DNA from: Octopus bimaculoides
Taxonomy: Eukaryota
Length of the DNA stretch: 64,000 nucleotides
Assembly: GCF_001194135.2 (NCBI RefSeq)
Contig: NC_068983.1
Coordinates: forward strand, 100,817,827 to 100,881,826
Direction of reading: 5' to 3'
In this document: positions 10,943 through 24,490 of the stretch, in pieces
How positions within the stretch are numbered: position 1 is the first letter of the stretch
Layout of the letters: each line of letters begins with the position of its first letter
Translations under genes and position numbers: made by a program
Notes under the pieces: generated by a model
What the model saw: the letters and a program-made list of their open reading frames with translations, nothing else
Told to the model about the DNA's origin: nothing
Database searches by the model: none

Positions 10943-12744
10943 TCCACATTGTGAAGTAGAATTTAAGTTAGAAAAACTTCTGTTTAATCAAATAGAGTTA
11001 AGTTCCGTTGTCATATTCAGTTTGTTTTATAATTAATATATCTATCTTACAAGTCTGTACTAATATATTTTATTCATAGTGTATGTCACCATCCCAAAGT
11101 AATTTTTTTCTTAATTATTTTTGTACAATACTTTGTCCATCTTTGAAATAGCGTGGTCTTTGGTCAAGGCACTTTGTTACTGCTCTCCAGTAAAAGTGCT
11201 TCTCTTATTGCTTTCAATACTAACATTTTACCTTCAAACTGACATTGATGGAAATGATTATCCTATATCTCATTTCTCTAAAACACTATAGAACTGCCAG
11301 CATGAGTGACTACACTTTCTTATATGTTGCACTTGTATTTCTCGCCATGTTCTGTTGCATATGTTTCCCCTCAATGTTTACATACTTCTAAGAAGAAACT
11401 TAGACAAAATATCATTCTTCACCTTGAAAGATTATGTGTTGGGATTTGAAGAACAGTTTGTCTTTCAACAAATTAAACCTCTCTAGATTCTATACTTAGA
11501 ATGAACTTTATGTATGTTCATGAAAAAGTCCAAAAACTCATCTATTCTGTACTTATTCTCGACATCATATGTTGACAGTAGTTTACCTATGCTACCTATT
11601 ACAGTCATTTGTTTTATCTTCATACCAAAGATAATACTTGTCAGTGCCTGATATATCTCAGCTAACCAAACTGAGGATTGAAAGTTGAGCAGATAATCAA
11701 CTTAATTTCTCATGTTTTTATCTATATTCTATTTCAATCAACAAGCACCACATTTTTACATTATTTCAGATTAAGATTGAATAAACAAACTTTAGTTCTA
11801 TTCATAGGGTTCACCATTCTTATCTATGATGCTACTGTGTACTGCTGTTAGCTTAAAACCTTTTGTCCATTGATCTTGTTCATTGTTGTTAGTTGAACAC
11901 ATGTTCATTTATCTTGTTCATTGAATCATTGTATACAGATGTCAGTTTAATACATTGTTTATCTTACAAATAATGCATTGTGTACTGCTGTGAGCTAGTG
12001 TAATATGTTCTGTTCATTGATGTAAACTATACTTTATATAAACCATCATTGTTCTGTTCTCTGTAAATTTATACTTGTCTAACTATCCACACTGTACACT
12101 CATTTCAAATTGCCATGTCAACTTAATGTAAAATATTCTGTAGAAATTCAGGAATTAGGTTTGTAATTTTGCTTAAATCCTTTGAGTACATTATAAGAAA
12201 TATTGATCACTTCAAACTATAACTTGCCACTTATATTTTTGAATAAAAGGTATATATACATCTAATAGCAAACTAGTGATGATGATATCAATTATATATG
12301 CTGAAAATATCAAATTTTCTATCAACCGAAAACCTGGCTTGAAATTTTAGAATACTATATAAAATGTTTTTGTTAATTTAGGCTTCTAGCTCTTTTTTTA
12401 ATTTATGAAAGAACTTTTCAAATTAATTTTCATGTGTAATATTGTTGCATTGTATTGTGCCCCTGTTCATGGCACATTTATATTCCTGCCATGGAAAGCT
12501 CTTAGTTAATTGGGTTTTTTTTTTTTTTTTAAAAAGAAGAAAACACCTGATTTATCAAAAGCATTTTAAAAGATTTGTAGTAAGAACTTGGAAAAATATT
12601 TGCAAACAGTAAATTGAATAAATTTGCTTTGGACTATTTTAATTATGAAATCAATATGTCATCATTTTATCTTTGTTTTTTCATATTTGCTTGGGTTGGA
12701 TAGGTTTTCTCCAGACATCTTACCATTTGTTGCACTCCCTTGTC

Positions 12745-13480
12745 ATCTCCCTCATGAGGATTCAGCATCGTGAGATCAGACTTCATCTTTTTTTCTGATA
12801 TCTTCATCTTTTATAAGCTCCTTCCACTTGGATTGCTTGGCACTTCTTTGCCCAAATGTCATCCTTCATATACATCTTATGTCAGTATCAGCACACTATT
12901 GTTGATTCTTCTACCTAGTTTTTATCTCAACTCATTTGTACTCTACCCTTCATATGTACATCCTACAGAATATGCTCATCTTATTTCTTTTCAGCCTTCA
13001 CATCTCTGCATTCAGTGTCCATGTACCATACAATATCACACTTCATATACAAATATCATACAATCTGTCCTTCACTTGAGAGAATTTTTTTTGTTGCCAG
13101 TAGAGGTTACAGCTTCTTGAACTTATTCACTTCATTCTTACTCTGGCTACTGTAACCTCTGTACCTCACTTTTGCTGCCAAATTGGTTATCTAGGTAACA
13201 GAAGTTGTCAACTACTTCAAGGTAGCATTCTAGGCTACATATGGATGCTATGAGTGCAAACTACTGCATATCATCCATATACCATTGTTTTCTGTCAGTC
13301 TATAAGTAATCCCACTGCATCTCTTGTGCACCCATAGTTTACATGATATAGACTTTCCATCTACACCAGTCATGAGCAAACTGCAACCTGTAGGACTTTC
13401 TGAATGGCAACCAATGCAAAAATTACCTTGCATTTCTTTAGTAGTGTGACTCACCTCATAACGAGCCATGTCTCATGCAA
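12745..13480 (-). mobile_element. Decayed RTE LINE fragment (post-RT region with Cys/His finger)
   Basis: Minus-strand ORF 13248..13469 contains CKLWVHKRCSGI; colinear with 2040-2600. Confidence 0.8.
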
Positions 13481-13699
13481 CCTGTTTTTTAAAAAAAGTT
13501 GCCCATACCTGATCTACACCTTTTAGTGCATATCAAACATGGCCACTTCTCAGATGGTATTTTTCTTGCTAAGACTATTGTCTTTGCTAGGTTGCCTTGA
13601 TTTGATGTTCTACATCCAATGTAGAAATTTTTCTTCTTAGTCTTTGACTAATTTGGTGAAGAAAACTAGGACTTTGGTATACAACAGTGCTCACAGACA

Positions 13700-13965
13700 C
13701 CTAGTTTTGAACTTCTTTATTACATTCTTGAGAACTATAATATACAGGAGAGGGCTGAGACTTGATGGACTACTAATTCATGCTGTTACTTGATGGGGCT
13801 GGGTCATCCCAGGTTAGTGGTTCCAGAGACATTATGCATAGAGCTGACCAGATCCACCAGTGCTCTCTATTGCTGGCAGTCCCATGCTAGCCCCTCTGCA
13901 TCCTCCAAAGTGACATCGAGGACAGACAACTACCTGTGTTCCAAAATCCTTATTGAACTCAAAGA
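13700..13965 (-). mobile_element. Probable 3' end of another LINE family
   Basis: Minus-strand remnants resembling ...REHWWIWSALC; heavily decayed. Confidence 0.4.
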
Positions 13966-15033
13966 GATGGCTAGAAGTACTTTCAAATAAGCCAAAAAGA
14001 TGAAAAGAAAATGAGATAAAATGTATATCAGGTTTGTACTTGTAACTACTCAGTAATGAAGTGGGCAGTTGATTGAAATATGTACAGATCAACTTTTGAG
14101 AAGCTAACTTAAATAAGAGGTTTAATGACTGAATAGCAAGGTACTGTACTAGTAACCTAATAACTATCTGTTGAAATATTCTTTTTGGCATTCTATTTTA
14201 CATTTTACTTTCTAGCTATAAATTGGTTGTGCTCATATTTTACTGTTGAGTAAATAATACTCATTTACATTTGTTGTAATTGCTTTAACAGTTCATGCAA
14301 ATTTGTGAATTTTCAGAACCATTCAACTTCTCTATACAGATTGTTAGTGTTTTTCAAGTGAAAATTTTATTAACTAATGATTCAGGGCAGCAGAGATAGC
14401 TTGCACAGTAGAGAGCTAAGGTTAATCTTTTCTTTGTCTAGTTTTCTTTGTATCACCAGGGCTAAGTTCAATTTAAATCTATCTAGATTCAATGGAATTT
14501 CTAGTATCTGCAGTAAGGTACTGCAGCCAATTTTATCATCAGTACTTCTTCCATTGCAAGATGAATTTTGTATCCAAAATAGTAATAATTATATATAATT
14601 GTGCATACAGTTTTAGCTATTTCATTTACTCTGTTAATGCTTTTAGGAAGGGCATAAATATTACAACTCTCAGTTCTCTTCCCTGATGTCAGTACAACTG
14701 ATCACTAGTTGATGGATAGTTCTTAAAGTTTTAGCAATTTACTATTTATTACGTTGATGTAAAAAGGATAAATTAATGTATCTTGATATTCAAACATTTA
14801 TTCATTATTGTTTTTATGTTTTAATGAAATGTAACATGTCTAAGAGAAAGTTAGTTTTGTAGTTATAATGACCAGCTTCAGGCTTTTGCCACAAAGGCCA
14901 GTTGTTACATTTCATCTTTTGATCAAGTCAATTTAACTCTTGTAACTTGGGTGAGAGACTGTATAGATGTGCAATCATGTCAATTACATGGAATTCAATT
15001 AGGAAAATCTCACATAAATTAAATAATTAAATA

Positions 15034-15893
15034 CAGGCTGTCCTAGAATTAATTCTCTCTTTCATTAAAATCGGACAATTTTTTACAAATTCACTTTTAT
15101 TTATGTTTATCATGTTTAATATGTGTTAAAAGTGTATGAATTTTTTATTTTGTTTATAATTACCTCCACTTTAGCAAAGGCAGAGGTATTGTTTTCAGTT
15201 GTGTTTGTTTGTGTGTGGATAAGATATTTCAAGAAACACTGGATGGATTCATATGAAACTTTCAGAGATGTTTGGCCTTATAACTGGCATGAACTGATTA
15301 GATTTTGGGATTGATCTGGTACCGGACTAGGATTCTGGATTATTTTTCTGGGTTTTTTTTACTTAATTTTTGTGAACGTTTGGGTTCAGTTTTAGTATTC
15401 TCATTTGTGAGAGCAGTCAAGTTTATTTCAGATATTCTCCTTTTAAAAATCATCTCTTGCTAATCGTTGAGAGGATGTTGGTGTTGCCTTGGCAGAGGTT
15501 TGCGCTCTCTGAGTGCTCCTGTTGTTTTATAATTTTATTTTCACTCGTGTTGGATCCCGCTTATCTGTCCATGACAACGATTTTTCACTTTGGCTGCAAT
15601 CATTTTCTCAACCTCTATCCCCAGGATGGAGCAATAGTTTAGCTGAACTTAAAGAATGAATTCAGTTAGCAATGCAGGAGATAACTCCTGAAATGCTTCA
15701 AAATGTGTTTTGCAAAGCTAAGGATAGATTTACAGATGGAGAACATGTTGAAAATTTTCGATAAAGTTTTGACATAAGATTTATAAATCTATTTGTTTTG
15801 GTATCATAATTAAGTAATAAACATAAAATTGTCAGTTTTTTAAAAAATTTGTCTGATTTCATTGAAATAGATAGTTAACTCTGGGACATCCTG
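15034..15893 (+). mobile_element. Internally deleted Tc1/mariner-superfamily element, ~60-bp imperfect TIRs, TA target duplication
   Basis: TA|CAGGCTGTCCTAGAATTAA... and ...TTAACTCTGGGACATCCTG|TA; transposase C-terminal remnant SLAELKE.IQLAMQEITPEMLQNVF...DGEHVE. Confidence 0.8.
15159..15524 (+). mobile_element. Helentron-associated (HINE/DINE-like) non-autonomous element nested in the Tc1/mariner copy
   Basis: 5' tacctccac...ggcagaggt hairpin, 3' cttggcagaggt sub-terminal repeat and terminal hairpin gcgctctctgagtgc; T-rich insertion site. Confidence 0.65.
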
Positions 15894-16020
15894 TATATTA
15901 AATAAATAAAAAGTATGATGTTTTTTTTCCATCAAGCTATCCTTATCTGTATAAAATTACTGGCCTGAAAAGGCATATTGTATTTTCTTTCTTAAATCTT
16001 TCATATTTTCTTTATTTTAG

Positions 16021-16215
16021 AAGTTAGCAAAGAAACAGAATGACATCGATGTTAACAAGCACAATTGTCAAGGACTCACAGCTCTTCATTTAGCAGTCCA
16101 AGGGAACAGCTTAGAATTAGCAAAAACTATGCTGGAAGCAGGGGCACACATTAACTCTTTGTCAGAGGATGGTTTTACTCCACTTCATTTGGCTTGCATG
16201 AATGATGATATAGAG
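16021..16215 (+). CDS. ANKRD27: ANKRD27 exon: KLAKKQNDIDVNKHNCQGLTALHLAVQGNSLELAKTMLEAGAHINSLSEDGFTPLHLACMNDDIE
   Basis: tttattttag| and |gtgaag; 195 nt, phase 0-0; two ankyrin repeats. Confidence 0.92.
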
Positions 16216-16350
16216 GTGAAGAATTTACTATATTACCATTATCATAATCACCATCATCTGCATCACCTTTTTTAGTATTTTCTTGCCTTTGATAAGGAAT
16301 AAGTTTCTTTATTAAAAGACAAGAATTCTTCAACCTCAGAATGTTATATA

Positions 16351-18470
16351 CTAGCTGAATGACCCGGCATTACCCAGGCTACTGCTGTTCTTATTCAGAT
16401 TAGTATATAATAAATATGAAGATATATTCTCTTTACTCTTTAACTTGTTTCAGTCATTTGACTGCGGCCATGCTGGAGCACCGCCTTTAGTCGAGCAAAT
16501 CGACCCCAGGACTTATTCTTTGTAAGCCTAGTACTTATTCTATCGGTCTCTTTTGCCAAACCACTAAGTGATGGGGACATAAATACACCAGCATCGGTTG
16601 TATTTTATTAGAAAATATCCAAATTGTGATAATAGAATTTCAAACTGAAAATCTGTCAATGTTGAGACACCTCAGAGTAAACAATATTCATTGTGTAACT
16701 TTTTGTTGGTGTCAAAATAAATTGTTGCTGCTTCCAACTCGCAATCAAGCAACATAGAGTTGGTTTGCGGGAGAAGCATGTAGTAGAGAGATCAAGTGCA
16801 ACTACTTAGAGGGATTAACCCTGAGATTTGTTAATTGAAATACCAAAACTTAGTTTGACTGGAAACTGAAGTGGCTTAAATTCAAATGGAACATTTGTAG
16901 GTATGAGAGGAATTTTTGGAATAAAGACATTTTCTCCTTTGTAACCACCAGTTACGATTGTTGCCTGTGAGACATGGGGCTTCATGGAAGTAACAATATA
17001 GCAAGTTCCATTACACAGGTGAGATGGGTCAAGATTGATAAGCAACATAATGGGAGCACCCAGTTTTAGTATCAAGTTATGCGATGGCATCCCAGTTTTC
17101 AGACATTCAACAGGATATTGAACAACCTGATATCAATCGACTACTGTCAATTGATTGAAAGGTCATTTCTGATGTATTTGTTAACTTTTGAAGAAATTTA
17201 TGATTAAGTTTATCAACCATTGCATTAGTTGGAGTTAGTATAGCTCTTTCACATAGCCACATGAGTGTAATTGACAGATAAATTAGGAAATACTTTATCC
17301 ATAAGATCCCTAAGAGAAAGTATCATTTGACCACATGTAATTTCATGTAGCTGAAGTCTTGGGTTGAATGTTAATATCCCATTACCAATCTTTAGAAGCT
17401 TGTATGATCACCTTGTAGAAGTACTTTGATGTTACTTGTAAGATGAAGTTTTTTCACATCGCCAAAGGTAAGATTTTTTGAAGCATGTATTGACCTCATC
17501 AGCTTTTGATCCATTGGGGATAACTGGCAACTTTTGACAAAAATCTCCTGCAAGGAGAACTGTTACTCCTCCCATGAGCGTGCTGTTGTTATTTATGTCT
17601 TGGAAGGTACAGTCAAGTATCTCTGGAGCTCCACGATGTAACAGTGCACTCATCCCAAACAACAAGGCAAGTTTGTTGGAGAACTGTTGCTATTGCAGAG
17701 TTTTTGGAAATGTTGCACATTTGAGATTCTTTCATCACAAGGTTTAGAGGGAGCTTGAACATGGAATGAGCAGTTCTTCCTCCATTGAGGACGGTAGCTG
17801 TAATACCAGAAGACATAACACTGGAAGAAGGTTAGATTTTATTTCCTCCCATTTAGGATTGCAGGTGAAAGTGACAAAAAGATTTGGTTTTCCATATGTC
17901 CTGTCATATGTCATAGCATCTCGTGTTCATTCATGCATATATCGAGGACCATCTGTGAATGATGATGGGAGGAGTATAAGTTGCCCCATTTTTTGAATAT
18001 CATCATCTGCCCTCAGAGCATTTTGGAGATGAACATAAATTTTTAGCCCTTAATTTTTTTTGATTGTTACAAATGTAGTGGAGACGCTGACCCTCAGCCT
18101 TAGCATACATATCAACCAGGTCTTGCTGAAATAGATCACATTACATGTGTAATTGATTTGATTGTTCTGGTCTTAACTTCAGTTGGTAAGATTAGAAGTC
18201 ATTTGACAACACCTTTTTGTTTGTAATTGGCTTTCCTGTTGCAGGTTCAATCTGTGGAATATTGAAATGACACCCATCTTGTCCCTTCCACAGAATAAGC
18301 AGATACTGAAGAGCATCATAAGACGGAAAAGTCTCTGTAACATGTTTAAGATTGTTATCTTGAGCATGAATGAGAATATCACAATTTTCCTGGGAATCAC
18401 CTACCATAAGGATGGCTACTTCATTAGATGTGGGCTCATTAAAATGGTGTAAAATGTCCTTTACTAGAGT
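16351..18470 (-). mobile_element. Decayed Helitron (Rep-helicase remnants, intact 3' terminus)
   Basis: PIF1 motifs SSGITATVL.GGRTAHSMFKLP, LVVWDEC, LLAGDF.Q.LPV, LCNGT, QFPVKLSFGISINKSQG, QLYVA; Rep-like SYDALQY.LI.W.G.DG.HFNI. 3' end cctgggtaatgccgggt hairpin then CTAG|T at 16351. The 5' end may extend to ~20000. Confidence 0.88.
16428..16601 (-). mobile_element. SINE family A 3' half inserted into the Helitron
   Basis: Reverse complement matches 43700-43869. Confidence 0.85.
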
Positions 18471-19968
18471 TTACTGTAGACGTAACACAGAAACACACAC
18501 TCACAGACATAGACACTCATAGAATTCATAATACTGAGAACAGCAAAACGTACACACATGAAGTTCAAGCGAAATGAAATGTAGTCAATATAGGTGCAAA
18601 ACATACTTTCTGTAGCATATTTATGCTATAAAAGTTTTTTTAGGGAATATTTCCAAAAAAATATTCCAGTATTAGGAAGTCATCAATTTAGCAAAAATTA
18701 CTATGCATCACCAATGTAACAAAGTACAGAAAGTCAACATTTATTTGGAACTTACTAAATGTTATAGGATATACAGGATTGAACTGTCACGGTGAATAAA
18801 GTCAAGCTTGAAGAAAATTCAGAAGGCATAATTCAATTTTTCATACAAAAATAATTTATTATTTTACAATTTTTAAACAAACACTGAACAAAGTGTGTAC
18901 AAAGGAATATGTTGCTGTTGTGAATGCTAATTAATTTAAAACATTTGCTGAAGGATGTATGTAGCAAGACATAAATTAATTTGACATCACTTACTATATG
19001 TTTTTACTGTGTAAGGTTATAGGCTGTAGAATAAATGCTAACGCAGTAGAAAGATTGTGCGCTATTGAATACTAACACTGTTAAAGCAGCATAGCAGGAA
19101 TACGATAAGAACGGTAGAACTGTTAAAAAAGCATTGTCTTCAAACTGGTTATGAGGACTGGAATAGCATTTCTGTAATTATAGTGAAAGAGCTGCTAAGG
19201 CTTTCTACTTTGCCAAGTTTTCAAATTTGTTATAACAACCAGAATAACATTTTTTTTTTCCACTTATATTTGCGAGTGTTGTGAGTGCTGTCAAATCAAC
19301 CAAATCTTCATGCTGGTTATAAAAACCTGAATAATATTTCAGCACATAAGTAGTGATAATTGTTAATGTTGTTTAAACTGCAACTCTCCATGATGAAAAG
19401 GAAAATCCAAAAAGTAGTACTTCAAGATGATGCTGTTCTTTGTTAAAGGTCCAGGCCGCAAATAAACTAAACTCTTTCAAAATCGGTGTGTTGCACTGTT
19501 GGGCGGTACAGTCACATACATATACTAAGACAGACACACACACACACACATACATTCATGCACACCTCAGGCCTATCTCTGTCTCTATGTGTGTCTGTCT
19601 CAGTCTTTAGATGTGTGTGTGTGTCACAAAAATGTATGCATACTGACAGACATATTCACCCTCACATATATATACTTCTCCGTCATTGGCCTAATGTATG
19701 TAACAAACATGCAAACACACACACACTGCCAGAGACATACACACTCATATAGAAAATGTGACTTCGTAGTGGTGGTATAAGATGTTGTTTATAATAGTGG
19801 ACAAATGGACAGATTATAATATTAAATTTTTGTAATGCAAATATGTAAATGAAAATAAAGTTTATTTGGTAGCTGAAAGATGACTGAATCTTTTGATACC
19901 CCATACATCAAAATCGGCACTAAGTTTTTGAACGCAGAGCATACGTACACGCACACACACAAAGTCTG

Positions 19969-20006
<38 letters not shown>

Positions 20007-20380
20007 CATTGCTATTATGCAAAAGTGTCTTTAAGTCCAAAATGTTACTTTTTCAGAAAATGAAAAAATAATTTCACCATTCCATTTCTTTTTACATTAG
20101 CAACAGTTTCAGCTTAACAATAATATTTTGTTGGGTGCAATAAATCATAACTTCATGCATGTATAATATTTTCAGTCAGAAATATTTTCGCAAAACTGTT
20201 GTATGTGGGACTTACTACACTTTTGATAAATGTTAGACTGTTGTAATTTAACAATTTTCATATCTTGGCATCTTAAGTAACTGGAGATACAATAGTTTGA
20301 CCAAAAGACTCAGCTATTGCAAGCATTCGGCCAAATTTGGACACACAACAGTTTAACATAATAGCAACGATATATATATT

Positions 20381-20705
20381 ATCTTTTACTTGCTTGTCAT
20401 TAGACTGTGGCCATGCTGGAACACCACCTTGAAGAATTTTTAGTCAAATGAATTGACCCCAGCACTTTTTTTTTAACCTTGGTACTTATTCTATTGCTCT
20501 CTTTTGTTGAACACCTAAGTTACAGGGTCACAAACACACATATATATGACAGGCTTCTTTCAGTTTCTGTCTACCAAATCCACTCAAGGCTTTGGTCAAT
20601 CCGAGGCTGTAGTAGAAGATACTTGCCCAAGATGCTATGCAGTGGAACTGAACCTGGAACCATTTTGGAAAGCAAGTTTCTTACCTCACAGCCATGTCTG
20701 TGCCT
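20381..20705 (-). mobile_element. tRNA-derived SINE family A, near full length
   Basis: Reverse complement has tggctgtg.ggtaag box A, ggttcagttcc box B, and the same body as 43474. Confidence 0.85.
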
Positions 20706-21213
20706 GCACCATATATATATATATATGGGGTAGAGGTGGCTCCTGTTATTTTTCACAAAGCCATAAGGAAAGCACCTCTTTTAGAAGAAAGATACTCTGA
20801 CATAAAACTTGCAGTCAAAATAGTATCAGTCATCTTGCAATTCTTGTCACTGGAAACTATTATGGCCACTAAGAGAGTGGCAACAGCATACAGATATCAT
20901 CATCATCGTTTAACGTCCACTTTCCATGCTAGCATAGGTTGGACAGTTTGACTGAAGACTGGCATACCAGTAGGCTGCACCAAGCTTCATATCCTGGTCT
21001 GCTTTGAATTTTATAAAGTCCTATGGTAATGGATACATAGTAAAAGTCATATCTGCACACTTGTAAGGATGAAGGCAAATTGGAACAATGAAGCTAAATG
21101 TGAGGAAGCTTTCATCCAATAAGATGAGGCAATCCTCATATATCATATCATATCACACACACATACACACACTTGCAATACATCAGCTTGTATTTTTTTT
21201 TTTTTAATTTCAG

Positions 21214-21333
21214 ATGGTTGAGTTACTGTTATCATATGGAGCCAAAGTGAACTTAGCTGACCATTGTGGGAATAGTCCTTTACATCACAGTTGTCATAGA
21301 GCAAATATTCCTTTAGCTACTATGCTACTAGAG
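21214..21333 (+). CDS. ANKRD27: ANKRD27 exon: MVELLLSYGAKVNLADHCGNSPLHHSCHRANIPLATMLLE
   Basis: tttaatttcag| and |gtattt; 120 nt, phase 0-0. Confidence 0.92.
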
Positions 21334-22127
21334 GTATTTACTTTTTTATTTCAAAAGTGTGTATGTCTTTTCAAAATTCTTTAGCATTCATTTTAACTAT
21401 TACAGCTAAGGCCATGTTGAAGTACTGATATTAGGTTTTTATTTTTATTTTTCACTCCCTTTTAAACGTTTAGGAAGAAAAATTTTTGTAATAGTTGTCC
21501 ACTATTTCTAAGTTACATTTAGCTGTATCTCCGTTACTCTCTAGACACATACACCAATATGTAACTCTACAACATTAGCAATCAATATTCATTATTGTGG
21601 ACTAAAATTTAAAATATATAAGGTATATTTGTTTAAAGTTATATTTAATGCATTCAAGTATATTCAGACATGTGAAGAACTTTTGTTGTGGAAATAGTCA
21701 TGGGAAAAAAGTCTCCTTTTAGACGAATGGTTAATGTATTAGGCTGTGAATGACATTGAATTGTATAATGCATGCATTTCTACGTTCTTTTGATTCATCA
21801 GCTATGAACAGCAAAAGTATGCTTGCTGATGTGTGTAAATCTTGGTCAAGCTAGAATTAAATAACTTAACTGTAACAGTATCCCAAACTTGTAAAGCAAA
21901 TTTAACTTGTGGTGTGTTAATTGTTGCAATTCTTATTGCGTTGTTTCTCATCGATTTATGAATTAAAATATATACTTTAAATTCTATTTTAGAAAATAGT
22001 TTTAAATTTGCAAGCAGCCGTTTTCATTTTAGTCAAAATATTAAAAAATTTTCTTTATTCTTTTCCTGTTCTACATTAATACATTTGATTTATGTTTTTT
22101 TTTATATTCCATTTGTACTTTTTCTAG

Positions 22128-22286
22128 CATGGTGCTCGAGTAAACCAACGTAACCATATTGGAAGCACCTGTTTGCATGAGGCAGTGGGTACCAACAATG
22201 CAAATTTAGTGGCCTTGCTACTTGAGGCTGGTGCTAATATCAGTCTAGTAAATCTTTTAAATCTGTCTCCAGTGCATTTAGCAGAG
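22128..22286 (+). CDS. ANKRD27: ANKRD27 exon: HGARVNQRNHIGSTCLHEAVGTNNANLVALLLEAGANISLVNLLNLSPVHLAE
   Basis: ctttttctag| and |gtatgt; 159 nt, phase 0-0. Confidence 0.92.
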
Positions 22287-23971
22287 GTATGTACTAAAGT
22301 ATTTTGAATGGGAAGTATCTTTTGCTACTTTGGCATTACATTTTTTATTAAAATTGGTCTTAAATATTCATCATCATCATCATTTTACAGCTGCTTTCTA
22401 TGCTGGCATGAATTGGATGAGTCATCATGATCCAAGTCATTTCTTATTGGAAGCTACTGCTCCTAAAGACTGATGCTCATATGCATCATAATGGCTTGGT
22501 TTCTGTGGCTGGATGCCCTTCCTATCACCAATCACTTCAACAGGTTTATTGGATGTGTTTTTTTTAAATACTGAACAACTTAAGACATGTGGATGAAGAA
22601 AGGAAATAGGAGAGGGAATAATGGCAGCAATGATGCTAGAAATGGATAGGAATTGAGAAGGAAAGTAAGAATGAAGTGTAGAGAGTACTTAATAGCTTAG
22701 AGCATGTGCATTTGCTCAGGTGATCCCAAAGGAAGAGAGTAAACCAGAATGAGTGAGATAATGGAAGGAGCAAGAGAAAATTAGGGGTTGGAGTTAGTGG
22801 AGGAAGAATTGACAACAACAGAGGTAGAATAGGTAATGGTGAGTGATGAGATAAAGGCAAGAGGGAGAGCAGTGGCTGGTAGTATAGCAGCTTTTATCAA
22901 AGCTTACTTCACACTCTTTTTGCATACTCACCCCTATCTCACATATCTAACTCTCACTTACCCTTCTCTCCTTTATTCTCATCTTTTCGTCATTCATAGC
23001 CTGCATTTCCTCCAATCTTTCTTCTCTCCACCACCTTGCAGACTGCATTATCCACTTCACTTTACTCTGGAGTATGCAAAGAGAGCGGGAAGTAGGTTTT
23101 GAAAAAAACCTTCTGTACCACCAGCCACTACTCTCCCTCCTGCCTTTATCTCATCACTCACCATTACCTCTTCCACCTCAACTGGTGGGTGAGTGTGATT
23201 AAGGACCTTCAGAAAAGCAAGAAATCACAGTAAAGTGAAGTGGATAATGTAGACTGAAAGGTGGTGGAGAAAAGAAAGATTAGAGGAAGTGTAGGCTATG
23301 AGTGACGTAAACATGAAAATCATAGATAGAGGTGAGTATGCAAAGAGAATGGGAAGTAAGTTTTGCAAAAAATATTACCTATTCTATTGAGAGAGGACAG
23401 TTTCTTCTGGGCTACTGTGTAGTCAGTAAAGTTCATGTCCTTAATTGGTTGTTCCACCACACTACTGTCAACTTGAATTGACCCTTTATCCCATGCATTC
23501 TCTTCATTCAACAGCCTCTCATTGTAGCACTTGTCATCTGAGTTCACCTCTAGATATATGTAGCTGATGCCTAACGTTGAGGTATTTGTTTCCAAATCTA
23601 TTCCAGTTTGTTTGCACTTCAAAACTGCAAGAGCCTTGATTATTCCTCATGCCAATTCCATACCCTCCTTTACTTGCTTAACATTACTATAATTTTTTGT
23701 TGATAAGCAAACAGTAAGCACCAATGCAATGTGACAGAAGTTGTATGATTTCCCTGAAGAACTTATCTTGCTTATTAAGAAGACTCAGATATTGATTTAT
23801 TGTGAAAAAATACAAATAAAATAGGGAGAGCTAAAATGAGAGGATTCTGAAAACCTATTCAGATGAATACAAAAAATATAAAAGCATGTTCTCACATACT
23901 TTAGATGTTAGATTTTTTTGTCAGAATAAAATTTCTAACACATAATTGCATTTTCTATTTTAATTCTATAG

Positions 23972-23995
23972 AACCAAAGTATTAAACATTTATTG
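23972..23995 (+). CDS. ANKRD27: ANKRD27 24-nt microexon: NQSIKHLL
   Basis: ttttaattctatag| and |gtgagt; supplies the helix that caps the last ankyrin repeat (human equivalent recalled as NSKIMELL). Confidence 0.75.
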
Positions 23996-24490
23996 GTGAG
24001 TTTCCTAAACACTAAAGAACCACAAGGATCAGAAGCAATCTTTTAATATTCAATCTTCCAGTTTAATTCCAGGTTAGTTTATTGTTGAAAATTATTTTTC
24101 TCTTTTCTATATAAAGTTTTTTTTTTTGTAAAATACTTAGTTAAAGTTGCAGGTTTTTATTAATAATACTTCATGAAATTATGTCAATATTTACCTAAAA
24201 TGTGCTCTTTACCCCCCCCCCCCCAGCTGTCCCATTAATCAAATACAAGCATTTTAAAGAATCTTTAGCATAAGAGGCACATAAGTTCAAATCTCACCAC
24301 TTTATCTCTTATGTTGTGTTCTTTAATAAGATATTTAATTGTAGTTGCTCCTGTTTCCTTAATTGATATAAAACGAACATTGCTTTCTACTTCAAGGTAA
24401 TTAAGCAAAATGGCGTCTAGCTCTAAAAGTGATTGTTTCAACTAAACTTCCCAAATTGGTTCACAAATGAAAATTAAACCTGTTAGTATA

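Noticed and set aside
1581-13480. Opposite-orientation RTE copies flanking ANKRD27 exons as a circRNA driver
   Set aside because: The copies are strongly diverged and more than 10 kb apart, so stable pairing is unlikely
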